A stretch of DNA of 64,000 nt. Source: Eledone cirrhosa. Taxonomy: Eukaryota. Shown here in pieces: positions 36,813 through 49,025 of this stretch. Both the position numbers and the translations under genes were made by a program. The stretch lies in assembly GCA_964016885.1 (NCBI GenBank), contig OZ024744.1:79236001-79300000 (forward strand), written 5' to 3'. Every line of letters starts with the position of its first letter. Within the stretch, counting starts at the first letter, position 1. Under the pieces are notes generated by a model. The model made no database searches. It was not told the DNA's origin and saw nothing but the letters and a program-made list of their open reading frames with translations.

Positions 36813-38864
36813 TGAACGGTAAAGAAGTGAAGTGAAAAAAAATCAGCTGGGTATTAGAAGTTTTCATTCATTTATGGTTGTGTTGGTATGAACATGTGAT
36901 ATAAAAAGAACTATGAGTGCTGGTGAATCAAGTTCTACATGCTAAGGATGAACAGAAATAAAGTGAAAGCCCCCCCCCCCCCCCCCAAAAAAAAAGCAGA
37001 GCGGGCACATTTAATTAACAAACCATGAATTAAATGTTTTAAGTCACTAACAATACACCATTTGTACACAATGGCAACACTTATGTTAAAATAAAATACA
37101 GTTTAATATCTTTAATAAAACAACGAAAGTGAAGTTTTTTTTGTGTGTGACTGATTTCTTGTGTGCGTGTGTGTGTGTGTGTGTGTCTATCTGTGACTAG
37201 ATTCCCAGAACACTAGGAAAAGATTTGGGAGTCAAAGTAAATAATAATTATAATAACGATTTCTTATTTAGGCACAAGTCTAGCAATTTTGGGGGTAAGG
37301 GAAAGTCGATTAAATCGACCCCAGTGCGCCATTGGTGCTTTATTTTATCGACCCCGTAAGGATGAAAGGTAAAGTTGACCTCGGCGGGATTTGAACTCAG
37401 AACACTGGCTATACTAAAGTCGATATAAAACAATGACCTCGTTGGAATTCATGTAGGAGGCATTTCGTTAATCTTTCCATTGAGCATTTCGTTAATCTTT
37501 CCATTGAGCATATTGCAGCTATGTGTGTATTTGAATATGTTAGGCAAACTCTCTGCGATACGGAGAGGTTAACGAAATATCCGACACATTGATTGAAACG
37601 CAGAAACTACTAAAATTATTGTTTACATTGTATATATCATACATAAAACGAAGGATCGGCAGGCAAATTAGCCAGCAATCCATTTTTCTAAATTCATTCA
37701 TTTATACATTAAAGCTTAAAACTTCACACACTATATATATTATATAAATATATTGACGGACAAAGGAATGAGTACTCAATACCGAAGTACAGGTTAAATA
37801 TGGCTACATAGTGAGCTTTGTTGCACTGGAGTTTCACCTGCACACTCTCAGGATCATCAGTTAAGACAGTCTTGTCTCTTTCTCTCTCTCTCCCTCTCTC
37901 ATCAGGTTTGAACCAGATAAAAAGGTCGCAGTAGATAAACACTTATCTTAAGATTAAAAAAACCCATCAAGCGTGATATTTACACGACACCATGATTTGC
38001 AGCATAGTTATGGCCCTTTACGTTCTGAGTTCAAATACCGCCGAGGTTAACTTTGCCTTTCATCCTTACGAGGTCGATAAAATAAAGTACCAGTGATGTA
38101 TTGGGTAATTGCTGGCCTTGTGCCAAAAGTAGAGACAATTATATAGACGTCTTTATATTCACTATGTGCAAATAACGTGTTTATGATGACTTTATTACTA
38201 TTCTCAATTAGTTAAAGCCCCACCACCACCTTAACTTTTATCGTATATTTGTACATTAGTTTCTAAATTTGTGACTTATTGAATTTTTCTTAGATTTTGC
38301 ATTTAATTAGACTATTATAAAGTGGTTTATTCGGTCTAATGCTCTCATTTTGGTTGTTATAGTCACAAGGTTCCAATTGTTGCACCTTCTCGTGCTTGTC
38401 GTGTTCAGCGATGTTCTTGGAATTTCGAACGAGACCTTTTTATTCAAATCTTGAGGCAACAACATGGTCGGTATAATTGCTAGTTAAGCTAGCCGCAGAT
38501 TTGAGACTCGCGAGCTAGAATGGCCCTTCCAACGCGTCTCCCTCACAATCCTTCGGAATAGAAAAGGTGTCTCCCTCAAAATCCGAAGGATTGTGAGGGA
38601 GACGCCTTCTCTATTCTGTCCGCCGGGGTCGCGGGGCGGCCAGCGCGTAGTCCCCCTCCCCTCCCTATTTGCTTATAATAGTGAGGGATGGTGAGAACGA
38701 GAGACGGAGGCAGTGACAATGGGAATTTGATTCTATTATGTTCAAACCTTGTAAGGAACGTTTTACTGGCGCAGACTGTTGTAGAGTGGTTAGTGTATCT
38801 AGATATATTATAGTTTAAAGTGAAACAAGCAAGTGATATATATCACAAGTAATTAATACAAGGA

Positions 38865-39040
38865 AGGGGTGGACAACCGAGCCACCATCAGAGCAAAAGA
38901 CAGCAGCGTCGCGAGGAGTACTGGAAAACCTCTCTAATGATTTTTTGAGGCAAGCCAGCACGCTCGCAGCGTTACCTCGGGTGATGACCAGGCTGATGCG
39001 CTGGAACAATCAAGCGCCCTCGCGAGATTCGCCGGTTACT
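38865..39040 (-). mobile_element. Inverted second copy of the CRE-type 3' end
   Basis: Minus ORF FQRISLVITRGNAASVLACL; closely matches the reverse complement of ~39456-39610. Confidence 0.85.
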
Positions 39041-39610
39041 GCCGGTCGCTTTGCGCATCACACGGAGCTAAACCTCATTCTCGAGAGAGTTTTGGCCCGG
39101 GCGAACATCCCCTCAATCTTGGAACCATCTGGGCTGTCCAGAATTGACGGGAAAAGTCCTGACGGCCTTACCCTGTGCCCCTGGTCGAGAGACAGGTGCC
39201 TTGTTTGGGACGTCACAGTTAGTCACTATTTTGCTTCTTCCCACATCCTCGATGTTGCGGTTAGGGCGAGCCACACCTTCCGCAGCCGAACGGAGCAAAA
39301 CCCTTAAATACTGCGATCTGTCGGCTAACTACATTTTCCAGCCAGTGGCTTTCGAGACGTTTGGGGGGAGGGGGATTCGGGTTGCTGACTGCGAGTTTCC
39401 TCTCTTCACTGGCGACTCGCCTAATAGAGGTAACTGGCGACTCGCCTAATAGAGATAACTGGCGAATCTCGCGAGGGCGCTGGGTTTTTCCAGCGCATCA
39501 ACCTTGCCATCACCCGAGGCAACGCTGCGAGTGTGCTGGCTTGCCTAAATCATTAGAGGTTGCCCGGTACTCTTTCCCTGGTGGTGGCTCGGTTGTCCAT
39601 CGCTTCCTTT
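39040..39610 (+). mobile_element. CRE-clade (restriction-like endonuclease) non-LTR retrotransposon 3' fragment
   Basis: H.ELN.IL.R.L..ANIPSILEP.GL.R.DGK.PDGLTL.PW....LVWDVT, KY..L...YIFQPVAFET and FQRINLAITRGNAASVL; frameshifted. Confidence 0.85.
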
Positions 39611-42600
39611 ATATTTTCTTTAATATTGCAACATTAAAGGAATATGTCCTGAAAGAATTGCGAGCAATTTATAATGTTATTTAAGCATTTGTTATGTTAT
39701 TTATGTATATATTTAAAACATATTTGCTATGTTATTCTACTATAAATTTATTTATATGCTTTGTATATATTATATATTTATAGAAAATCATTGTAATAAT
39801 AGTAAAAACCAGAAGTGAAAATGTATACTTATATTATTAGATTGAATACAGTTCGTTACTATATTTTTAAAAAAAATTAATACAAGTATATCCCAACGAA
39901 ATGAGAACAATCCATCTCCTGTGGTTTGAATGGAGGATTTGGTTTGAAATTTCGAGAACATTACTGAAATATAACACACGTGAAGAATAATAGTGAGTGG
40001 AGCAGCCGAAATATTGGGGATATAAGTCAGAATATATAATTTCTCATTTCAGAAATTCAGACAAAATCCATTAAGCGTGTTTGATACACATAAAACTATT
40101 TAAGAATTGTAAGTAATGTCCCTAAACTGTTCTTAAATTATATAATCGTAATTTCAGAGGTCATCGAATTTTTAGCTTATTCGTCCCGTGTGAGAAATTT
40201 ATCAACGAAATAGATCAGTTATTTCATTTCTAATTATATATATATATATATATATTTTACAATAGATTAGAAGCACTCATACCATTATTTGTGGTATAAA
40301 AACGTTGAGATTTGATGAAATAAATCACTGCCGATACTGGAATTGAATAATCAAGACCGTAGCGGTATGTCATATATCAAATAATATATTTTGTCTGATG
40401 ACATACTGAAAAAACAACACAGTACTTTTGAAATATATATAATAAAGTATATATTTTGATTATGAGAATATTTTTCATTTGTTAACATTTTGAATAATAT
40501 TATATATATATATATTATTCTAAGCTTAATTGCTACAAAAAATGTTACAGCGATGATTATATATATATACTAAAAAAAAACCAAAAAAAAACCGCCATAT
40601 ATGAACATATAAACTATGAGAGAAAAAGAGAACTTTTTGACTTTGAATGAAATACTAACGAAACTTCTAGGTAGGAACTTATTTTTAGGTTGGATTTATT
40701 TCCGCATCATTTGAATGTTATTTGTCTCCGATCACATTTCTGAACTTTGCGATATTTCCTTACTACGTTAAGCTATTTTAATGTCATTAAATTTTTAATA
40801 TAAATTTTCAAATTAACCAAATTACATTTAAAAAAAAAAAATCAAATTTATATATATATATTTTAAAGGAAAATCTAAATAGAGTTTGCGTATTAATATG
40901 AGTATATGTTCACCGCCTATTGGAACTACATCTCCAGGAAATATAAAGTTCTCTCTTGTCATAGAACATCGTAGTTACTTCCACAATTAGTCATACAATG
41001 CAGGCTTTCCCTTCGCTCGTATCACAGCTAAACCATGCTGTTTTATGTAGATCACAGTACATTAAATTCTGTGAATTATCTGTCTGTATGTGTGAAATTG
41101 TGTTCAGTTAGGATTGACACAACCGTTGAAATTATGAAATTAACTGGCAGATTCAGCCACAACCGTAGAACTATGTATCTTCGCTCTGCCAGGTGCTGTC
41201 TTCCGCCTTTCCTCTTGTAAGTTATTGGGCATTTTTTTTTTTTTTTTTTTAATGAAAGCTATAAAGATTGTATTTTTAGTAATACGATCTGTTTAATTAA
41301 TTTTTTTTTTTTTTACATAATGAAGCAAGTTATTTTATATCTTGGCTGCTGTGAGTTAAAATAATCGGGTTACTATACGTCCTTAAAACATGGCTGCTTG
41401 TTCGTTTTTGTTATCGGTTGAGTTAATTTACAATTGGACGCCAAAATATATTTTCAAACAATTTAGCAATGGTTTCTTAATAAACTACTCTAACGAGTGA
41501 CTCGTTGACTGAGTTTGTAGTGATTTGGATTTTTTTTAAAAATTCACGTGATTACTTGCAAGGTATTCGTTGAACCCCCTAGTTGTGAACGGAAATAAAG
41601 TCACTGGGAAAAATAGTCAAATACACATACACACAATCATTGTTTTTAAAGGGGTAAAAAAATACACTTCTTATCCAGCTACCCTTCAATAAGAATTAAA
41701 ATAGTTATAGTAAAAGTAATTTATTAACCGACAAAGCATTACTTGTACACAATGGCATTTTTGTATCATGATATCGCATGAATATATATATTTATTATAA
41801 TCTTAAATTAAACAAAACAAATTCAATTAATTGAAGTTTTCCTCTGACACTTTCTCCTGGAATATACCCCTAAAGTACATGTGGAAAATATATATGCGCC
41901 AATTTATTTTAAAATTAATTTTGCGTCTGTGTATACTCGGTAACTTGTCAACCAATATTGAAATTCCCGTTGTAGTTATCGATTATAGATTTTTTGTTGC
42001 GATTTATATCCGACTTCAATCGTTCCCTATAGACTGATTAATATAGTTTCAGTTGGGTCACATCAATCTCTTATTAACACTTCAAATTATAAAAGTAACG
42101 GGAATTTAAATTTGCTATATATAATATAATACATAGATATAGATATATATACTTGTGCGGCGAAAATTTTAGTTTAGTTAACAATAGTTGTATTTTCTAA
42201 TAGTTTTCTTTCCTCACAAATCCTTGGAGGGAAGATGAGGTAGAAATTGCACTAACTTATTAGAGCACCGTGACCTAGTAAAGTTCTTAAGCAGGGTAGA
42301 TTAGTTGTTACCCGACACTGAATATGAAGCAAAATGGTGTAACACAAATATAGTGCCTGTATATGTATATGTGTGTGTATTTATATATATGTGTTCATAT
42401 TATACATATTTATTTAAATGTTCTGTCCTTACGTTTCCTTTAACATTCAAATAATTTTCATATTTCAAAGCTTATATAATATTTGCCAGTTTTAAATATC
42501 CAATCCTTAATAACCATTTAATTAAAATAAATTGTATAAATATTATTTAACAAATAAATAAATAAAAAAAAATAAAAAAGAAATCATTGTCATTTATTTT

Positions 42601-43439
42601 AATGACTAGACATTAAATTCACATAATATCACTGCAAAATAAATAAAAAAGAAATCATTATTGTCATTTCTTTTAATGACTAGACATTAAATTCACATAA
42701 TATCACTGCAAAAATAAAAATAATTATTTAGTCTTGGTTTATTTATGCATGTGTATGAATCGTTCAAAAACCAATAGATGAATATCGATATCGACAGATT
42801 TTGAAACGTTTCTCCAAATGTTCTACAGCATAAATAAAACAGATCATTAGATATTCAAATGTACTGTGTTGGTTATATTATTATTTGCTATATAACTGGT
42901 ATTCCTGATGTTTAGATTAAGGTCATAATCGTCATCAGTCATCGATCTCAAGCCATCCTTTGCTCACTGCAAGGTGAAGGTCTTTCCAAGCCGGTGTCTT
43001 TTGTTCCAAACCTGTATTGCTTTCCTGCACGTCACACCTTTGCTTACAAAAAGTCATATTTTTATATATACCTTAAAAAAAAAAAAAAAAAGTTATAATG
43101 GTTTCTTTCTTCATATTTATGGGCTGTGTTTTCGGTATTTTAAATAATCTTTTTTGTAGTATTTAAAAAAAAAAGTGACATTAAGATCATATATCACACA
43201 CATACACATTATATATTATATATAGTGTGTGTGCATGTGTAAATATACACGTGTTGTACAATTCAAATTTGTTTTAGTGTAACTTGGCATATGTCTCTTT
43301 CAAAGCGTAGTAGTTAACCCATATTGAGTTCTCTACGTCTGACGGTAGAAGCATAGTAGACTGATTGTACTGCGGTTTTTTTTTTGCTGATGACGCTGCT
43401 GGTTTTTTTTAGTTAGTCCATATTAAGTCCTTCACAATG

Positions 43440-43753
43440 GACGACTGGACCTCCGTCGGTTTCAACGATAAGTGTTGCTGCTGCTGTTCAATCAACGGAG
43501 CCGCCTGCTCATGAATTTAACGTCCAATTGACTGATCATTCCACAAATACGTGTACCCTTAATATAAATTCTCAGCTCAAATTCACAGGATGTGACGAAG
43601 CTGTCCCTTTGAATTGCGTGTACAATTCACCCAACAGGTTTGCAAGCAGTTTTCCTCTACCCAAATTCATCAGGTCAACACTTCTTTCCCAAGATGCCAG
43701 GAGGTGGGATCGAATCTTAATGAATACAAAGTGAACTTCTTAACCATTCAGCC
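43440..43753 (-). mobile_element. Third, older tRNA-headed SINE
   Basis: Minus-strand head GGCTGAATGGTTAAG...GATTCGATCCC followed by a distinct body. Confidence 0.55.
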
Positions 43754-45999
43754 CTTAACTATTTCTGGTATGTTCAGTGGATATATATAGTATAAAGGCT
43801 ACATGTTTATAAAATAGGTTAGAATGATATAAATTATGGCATTGCTTCCACATGTTTAGACGATGACTATACAGTTTGTCTTGACTAATTTTATCGGTCA
43901 GTGGCGTAGTAGAGGTGCTGAGTACCACATGAAACCACTTTTGTAAGGCATTCTGATAAAGCAGAAAGAGGCTATGTAGCCGGTAAGAGTGTCACACCCT
44001 GAGTTAAGACAATTTGAAATCTTTTCTACCATCAATTGTTAAAAAAACACGTTAAAATCATTTAGTTACAATACACACACATCTACACGTAAATACATAA
44101 ACAGATACAGACAACAGAAGGAAGGGGCTGGTGAAATGCTATAGCAATGTGTGTTGCATCTCTTTGGGGTTTACCGACTGCATATCCTATTCGCTCTTTT
44201 TTCTTTATGCATTTTCTGCTAAATCATTGCAGGATTAACAACCTGTTAGCAGCAACCACTTATATGCAACGTTATTTTTACCATAATTGATTTCATCACA
44301 TTAAACAGTTTAGTAGTTTACTCTAATATTACAAATTTTCAAAACGATTTGTCCACTAGTAAAGATACTATAAAGTTCTAAATTAACACACTCATCTAGA
44401 TATTTTATGCTAAACCATTAGAGAATGTTAAAAGTTAATGTAAAGCATGTTTGTTGAATGTGGTGGGACTGTCCAATAAAATCCAGTGAAAAAAATCAAA
44501 TTGTATTTGATACGAACCCTTGCCCTAGTTCTATGAAACAAAACGACTTAAATTCAAATCTTCTAACTTAATTTTATAGCAGACCTTTTGTTACATTACA
44601 AATACTATTGAAATCTGGTGTATTTCATTAGAAATATGTTATCTAGTATGTTTTAAATACTATTGTTGAAATTTAAATCTATAAAAATATAAGGTGGGGA
44701 AAATACTTATATTTTGGGTTGAATTTTTTCTTCTTAACTGTTTATTGACCATTTACACGTTTTCCAGTATAAAATGACCTTGTGACATCAAGTTAGGGCA
44801 AAATCTGGATTCACAAAGTGTTAAAACTTATCCAATAATACTTCCAAGGCTGTGGATCATTAAATACACATCTGATCAAGCAGATTTATAATCGAATGTT
44901 ACCTAATCAAAATTCTCTTCTTATTTTAATCAGATGGCTTGTCTGTGTTATTTAATGTCTTTTTTTTTTTTTTACTTTTAACATCCCATACCAGATGAAA
45001 CCACATTTGCAAGGCATTCTTGAAAAGCGCAAAACTGCACTTTACAACAATCTCCTTCCCTATTAAAACGGGTATTATTTTTGCAGGACCCCCACAACAA
45101 GCTTTTCCATTTTTCCTATTGTCTTCAAAACACTATTACCACAGCCGTCATTATTTATTCCAGTATCGGTAGAGCATCAGACACCATGATTTGCAGCATA
45201 GTTATGGCCCCTTGCGTTCTGAGTTCAAATTACGCTGAGGTTAACTTTGCCTTTCATCCTTACGGGATCAATAAAATAAAGTACCAGTAATGCACTGGGT
45301 GATTGCTGGCCTTGTGCCTAAAGTAGAAACAATTCAGTTTCCACTTTCACTTTCCTGTATTATCTTCTATTAACACAAATATTTGAAGACCACACATTTA
45401 ATTTGTCCCAAAACGCAAAGTACTTCTCTTGGCCCTTTCATCATCATATCTCTGCTATTCCTTGCTCATATGGGTTAGGCTGTCATGCTCCTTCATCGTC
45501 TCAGTGATTTGAGATCAACTTTCACCACCTCCACCTAGGTCTTCTTTAGTCTTCCTCTACTTCAGTTTCCTTCCACTGGGATTTCTTGACACTTCTTCAC
45601 CCAGCAATCATCATCCATGCTATTCATATGTCCATACCAGCACCGTCCTCTCTCTTGCACATTACATTTGATTCCTCTTATACCTATTTTCTCTCTCAGT
45701 TCATCTTTGCTTTGTCATTCTCACATATTAACATTGCACATCCATTGAAGCATACTCACTTCATTTCTCTCCAGCTGTGGCATGTCTTCTGCAGTCACTG
45801 TCCATGTCTCATTACCATGTAGCATTGCACTTCACAAACAGGCATCATATAGTCAACCTTTCATTTGCAGCGAGAAATCTTGTTTTCAACAAAGGTAGTA
45901 GCTCCCTAAACGTCTTTCATCTTGTCCTTCAGTATTCTATTAATCAGTGGAGGCGCTACTATATTTTGTAGGCTCTGCTATTTTCATTTCCATCACAGC

Positions 46000-46030
<31 letters not shown>

Positions 46031-47230
46031 ATCATCCATATTACTATTAAAAGAGGCTCCAGTTGTGATCATATTATTACCATCATCATCATCACCATTT
46101 AATGTCAATTTTTCCATGCTGGCATGGGTTAGACGAGTTGTCCTTTTGTGGGCAATGCTAGGTCAGGTGAACATGTCATGCTCAAACAGAACTGATTTTG
46201 GCTTGGTTTCTACATTCAGCCATAGAAACCAAGCCAAGATTGGTTCTCATGGTTATCATCTCTGACGCTCATTAACTTCACATTCTTTTTGCAAGAATGT
46301 TTTTACCGTTTCCAATTTCAACTTCAACATTTGAGGGGAGGGGGGGGGGGTTATGTGACAAATGAAATTTAAATATGGTCTAAATGTAAATTGATTCACA
46401 TAAAAATGTCACATTTTGGCTCGGAGTCAATGGGTGGAGGAAGCTATACTCCAGAAATTGTGTTGCAATGTTTTTCTTATAGCTTTATATATGTGTCTAC
46501 TACTTTCGTTATTGCATTTCTATGGTATATAATCCTTTTGGCACAAAAACCACCTGAAACTAGCACTATTGTTTATTTTAAAGTGTTTATATTCGAATAG
46601 GCTATGCAGCCAGTAAACCCTAAAGGGATGTAATACACATCGCTATAGCATTTCACCAGCCCCTTCCTTCCGTTGTCTATCTGTTGAATGTGTGTATGTA
46701 ACTAAAGTGTAACTTACGTTATGAATAGATGACTAAATAATTTTTTAACAATTGATGGAAAATATTTCAAATTGTCTTAACTTGAGCTACAACTCATGGT
46801 GTCTGGCATTCTTACTGGTTACAAAGCTTCTTGTGTTTATATTTATCTAAAAAAAACTTGCATTATGATTTTATGTAAGAACTTGTAAGTTATGTTCCAA
46901 ACATCAACTTAATAACAAAAAAGTTATATTACAAAAGGTTTAAATAAAATGTGATGTTTCTATGATATTTTTTTGTTACCCTTGGATTCAAACATGGCAG
47001 CTCCAATGATAATCTCCTTAATCATTTCCCCAACTACTATATCACTTCTGTTTGATGTATCATTGTCAGCCCCATCTGTGACATAAATCATAATTTTTTA
47101 GCATCAATTTTCCTTGCCTATAAGAGTTGGACATAAAATATATATATATGCATGTTTATTTTTGAGCATGTGTGTATATATTTATATATATATTAAATAA
47201 ATAAATGTAGTTTATTTAATGTTCTCACAG

Positions 47231-47502
47231 GTTTTGGTGGCATTGGCTTGTGATCTTGGTCTGGATTGTCTTCAGTGTTGTGTCGAAGCACACAAATGGG
47301 CTTGGTTTCGTCGCTATTGTGCGGCAGCAAGAGTTTCGACTGCAATCGTGAAGAGAAGCATTTTGCCAGCCTCATTCACCGAGGAGGTGATGAAGAAAAT
47401 TGAAGACATTTCTGCTGAGGGTGAGGTTGTGACCAGAGACCATGAAAATCATGAGATTTTCAAACAAGAACATGACGAACAGCTGCTGCTTTGGTTGAAT
47501 AG
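47231..47502 (+). CDS. HERC2: HERC2 exon 16: VLVALACDLGLD...HKWAWFRRYC...EQLLLWLNR
   Basis: tcacag|GTT ... TAG|gtaaaa; 272 nt, phase 0 to 2; directly continues exon 15 (PFFK|VLVALACD) across a 17.2-kb intron. Confidence 0.96.
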
Positions 47503-47877
47503 GTAAAAATATCTTTTGACTCTATCTCTCCATTTTCTTTTTCCTTTGCAGAAATTTGAAATTTTAATTTGTAGCTGTATTTAATTTTAAAATTATGTTT
47601 TCATTCATCAAATTTGCATGTTACTTTTCTCAAAAGTTTATTAGGAAAACTATTATAAAGACATAGTTACATACCACTAGATCAAACTTAGTCATGAACT
47701 TTCTGAATATAAAGTACCAGTAATGCACTGGGGTAATTGCTGGCTTTGTGCCAAAAGTAGAAACAATTTTATATATATAATTGTTTCAGAAGGTCCCGTT
47801 AAGGGTGAAAGCAGCGATTCTTTGCTTAAGCTTTAATCTGTTATCTTAAATATATATATATATATATATATATATAA

Positions 47878-49025
47878 CATCATCATCACCGTTTTACGTC
47901 CGTTCTTCCATGCTAGCATGGGTAAGACGGGTTGTTCTGTTGTGGGCAGTGTCTGGTCGGCTGATTTTGGCTTGGTTTCTACAGCTGGATGCCCTTCCTA
48001 ACACCAACCTCATTTACAGTGAGTGCTGGGTGCTTTTTTCCATGGCGCCTACATGTCCACTTTACAGTGTGGGCTGGGTGCTTTTTTGCACCTCCACGAC
48101 CACTTTGCAGAGGGAGGGTGTGGGGGCATATTGTCTATATGCTTCAGCTTGTACCCATGGGAGGTTGGGTACTCTGTATTACTGTGTGACGCCAGAGGTC
48201 ACGGTCGTGTGTCATCGTCTTTGAGAGGTGTAATTGGGTCAGGTCGGCTTTTATCACCTCATCCCAGGTCTTCTTGGGTCTCCCCACTCCACGGTTTCCA
48301 TTGACTTCTAGTGCTCTGCACCTTTTTATGCAGCTGTCATCCTTCATACGCATCACATGTCCATACCAATGCAACTGCCTCTCCTGCACACAGCATTTGA
48401 TTCCTCTTATGCTCAGTCTCTCTCTCAATTCATTTATGCTTTGTCGTTCGCGTATATTACTATTACACATCCATCGGAGCATGCAGGCTTCGTTTCTTTC
48501 TAATCTACGTAAGTCTTCCACCTTCAGCGCCCAGGTCTCCCTACCATGTAACATTGCTGTTCGTATACACGCATCATACAGTCTGCCTTTCATTTTGAGG
48601 GAAAAGCCTTTTGCCGCTAACAGTGGCAGTAGTTCCCTGAACTTCTTCCATCCCGTTCTTACCCTAGTTATTGTACTTTCTGAACACCCACCTCCGCTGC
48701 TAATTCGGTCACCTAGGTAGCAGAAGCTGTCTACTGTTTCTACAGAGCCCTCCCAGAGATTGGTGGTACTTGTTTCCTGTGACTGTTTGCTGCTTGCTGT
48801 CCCACATGTGAAGCCTACATTCTTAATTAAGCTTCCTGAGATCCCGCTACATCTCTTGTGTACCCATTGTTTGCATTTGGGGCAGAGAATGGAGTTCCTA
48901 CATACTGAGCAAGGCCATTTTCCTGAGGGGATCTGGGTTCTGTTTTCTAGTCTACTTACAAGGACCTTAGTCTTTGTCAGGTTGAATTTGAGACCCTTTC
49001 TTTCTAGTCCCTGCTTCCAAGTTTG
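47878..49025 (-). mobile_element. RTE-X-like LINE, 5'-truncated: ~290-codon open ORF2 C-terminal fragment, 3'UTR and (ATG)n tail
   Basis: GLKFNLTKTKVL, WPCSVC...CPKCKQWVHKRCSG zinc-finger insert, VDSFCYLGD, RVRTGWKKFRELLPLL, LHWYGHVMR, GRPKKTWDEVIK. Confidence 0.9.
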
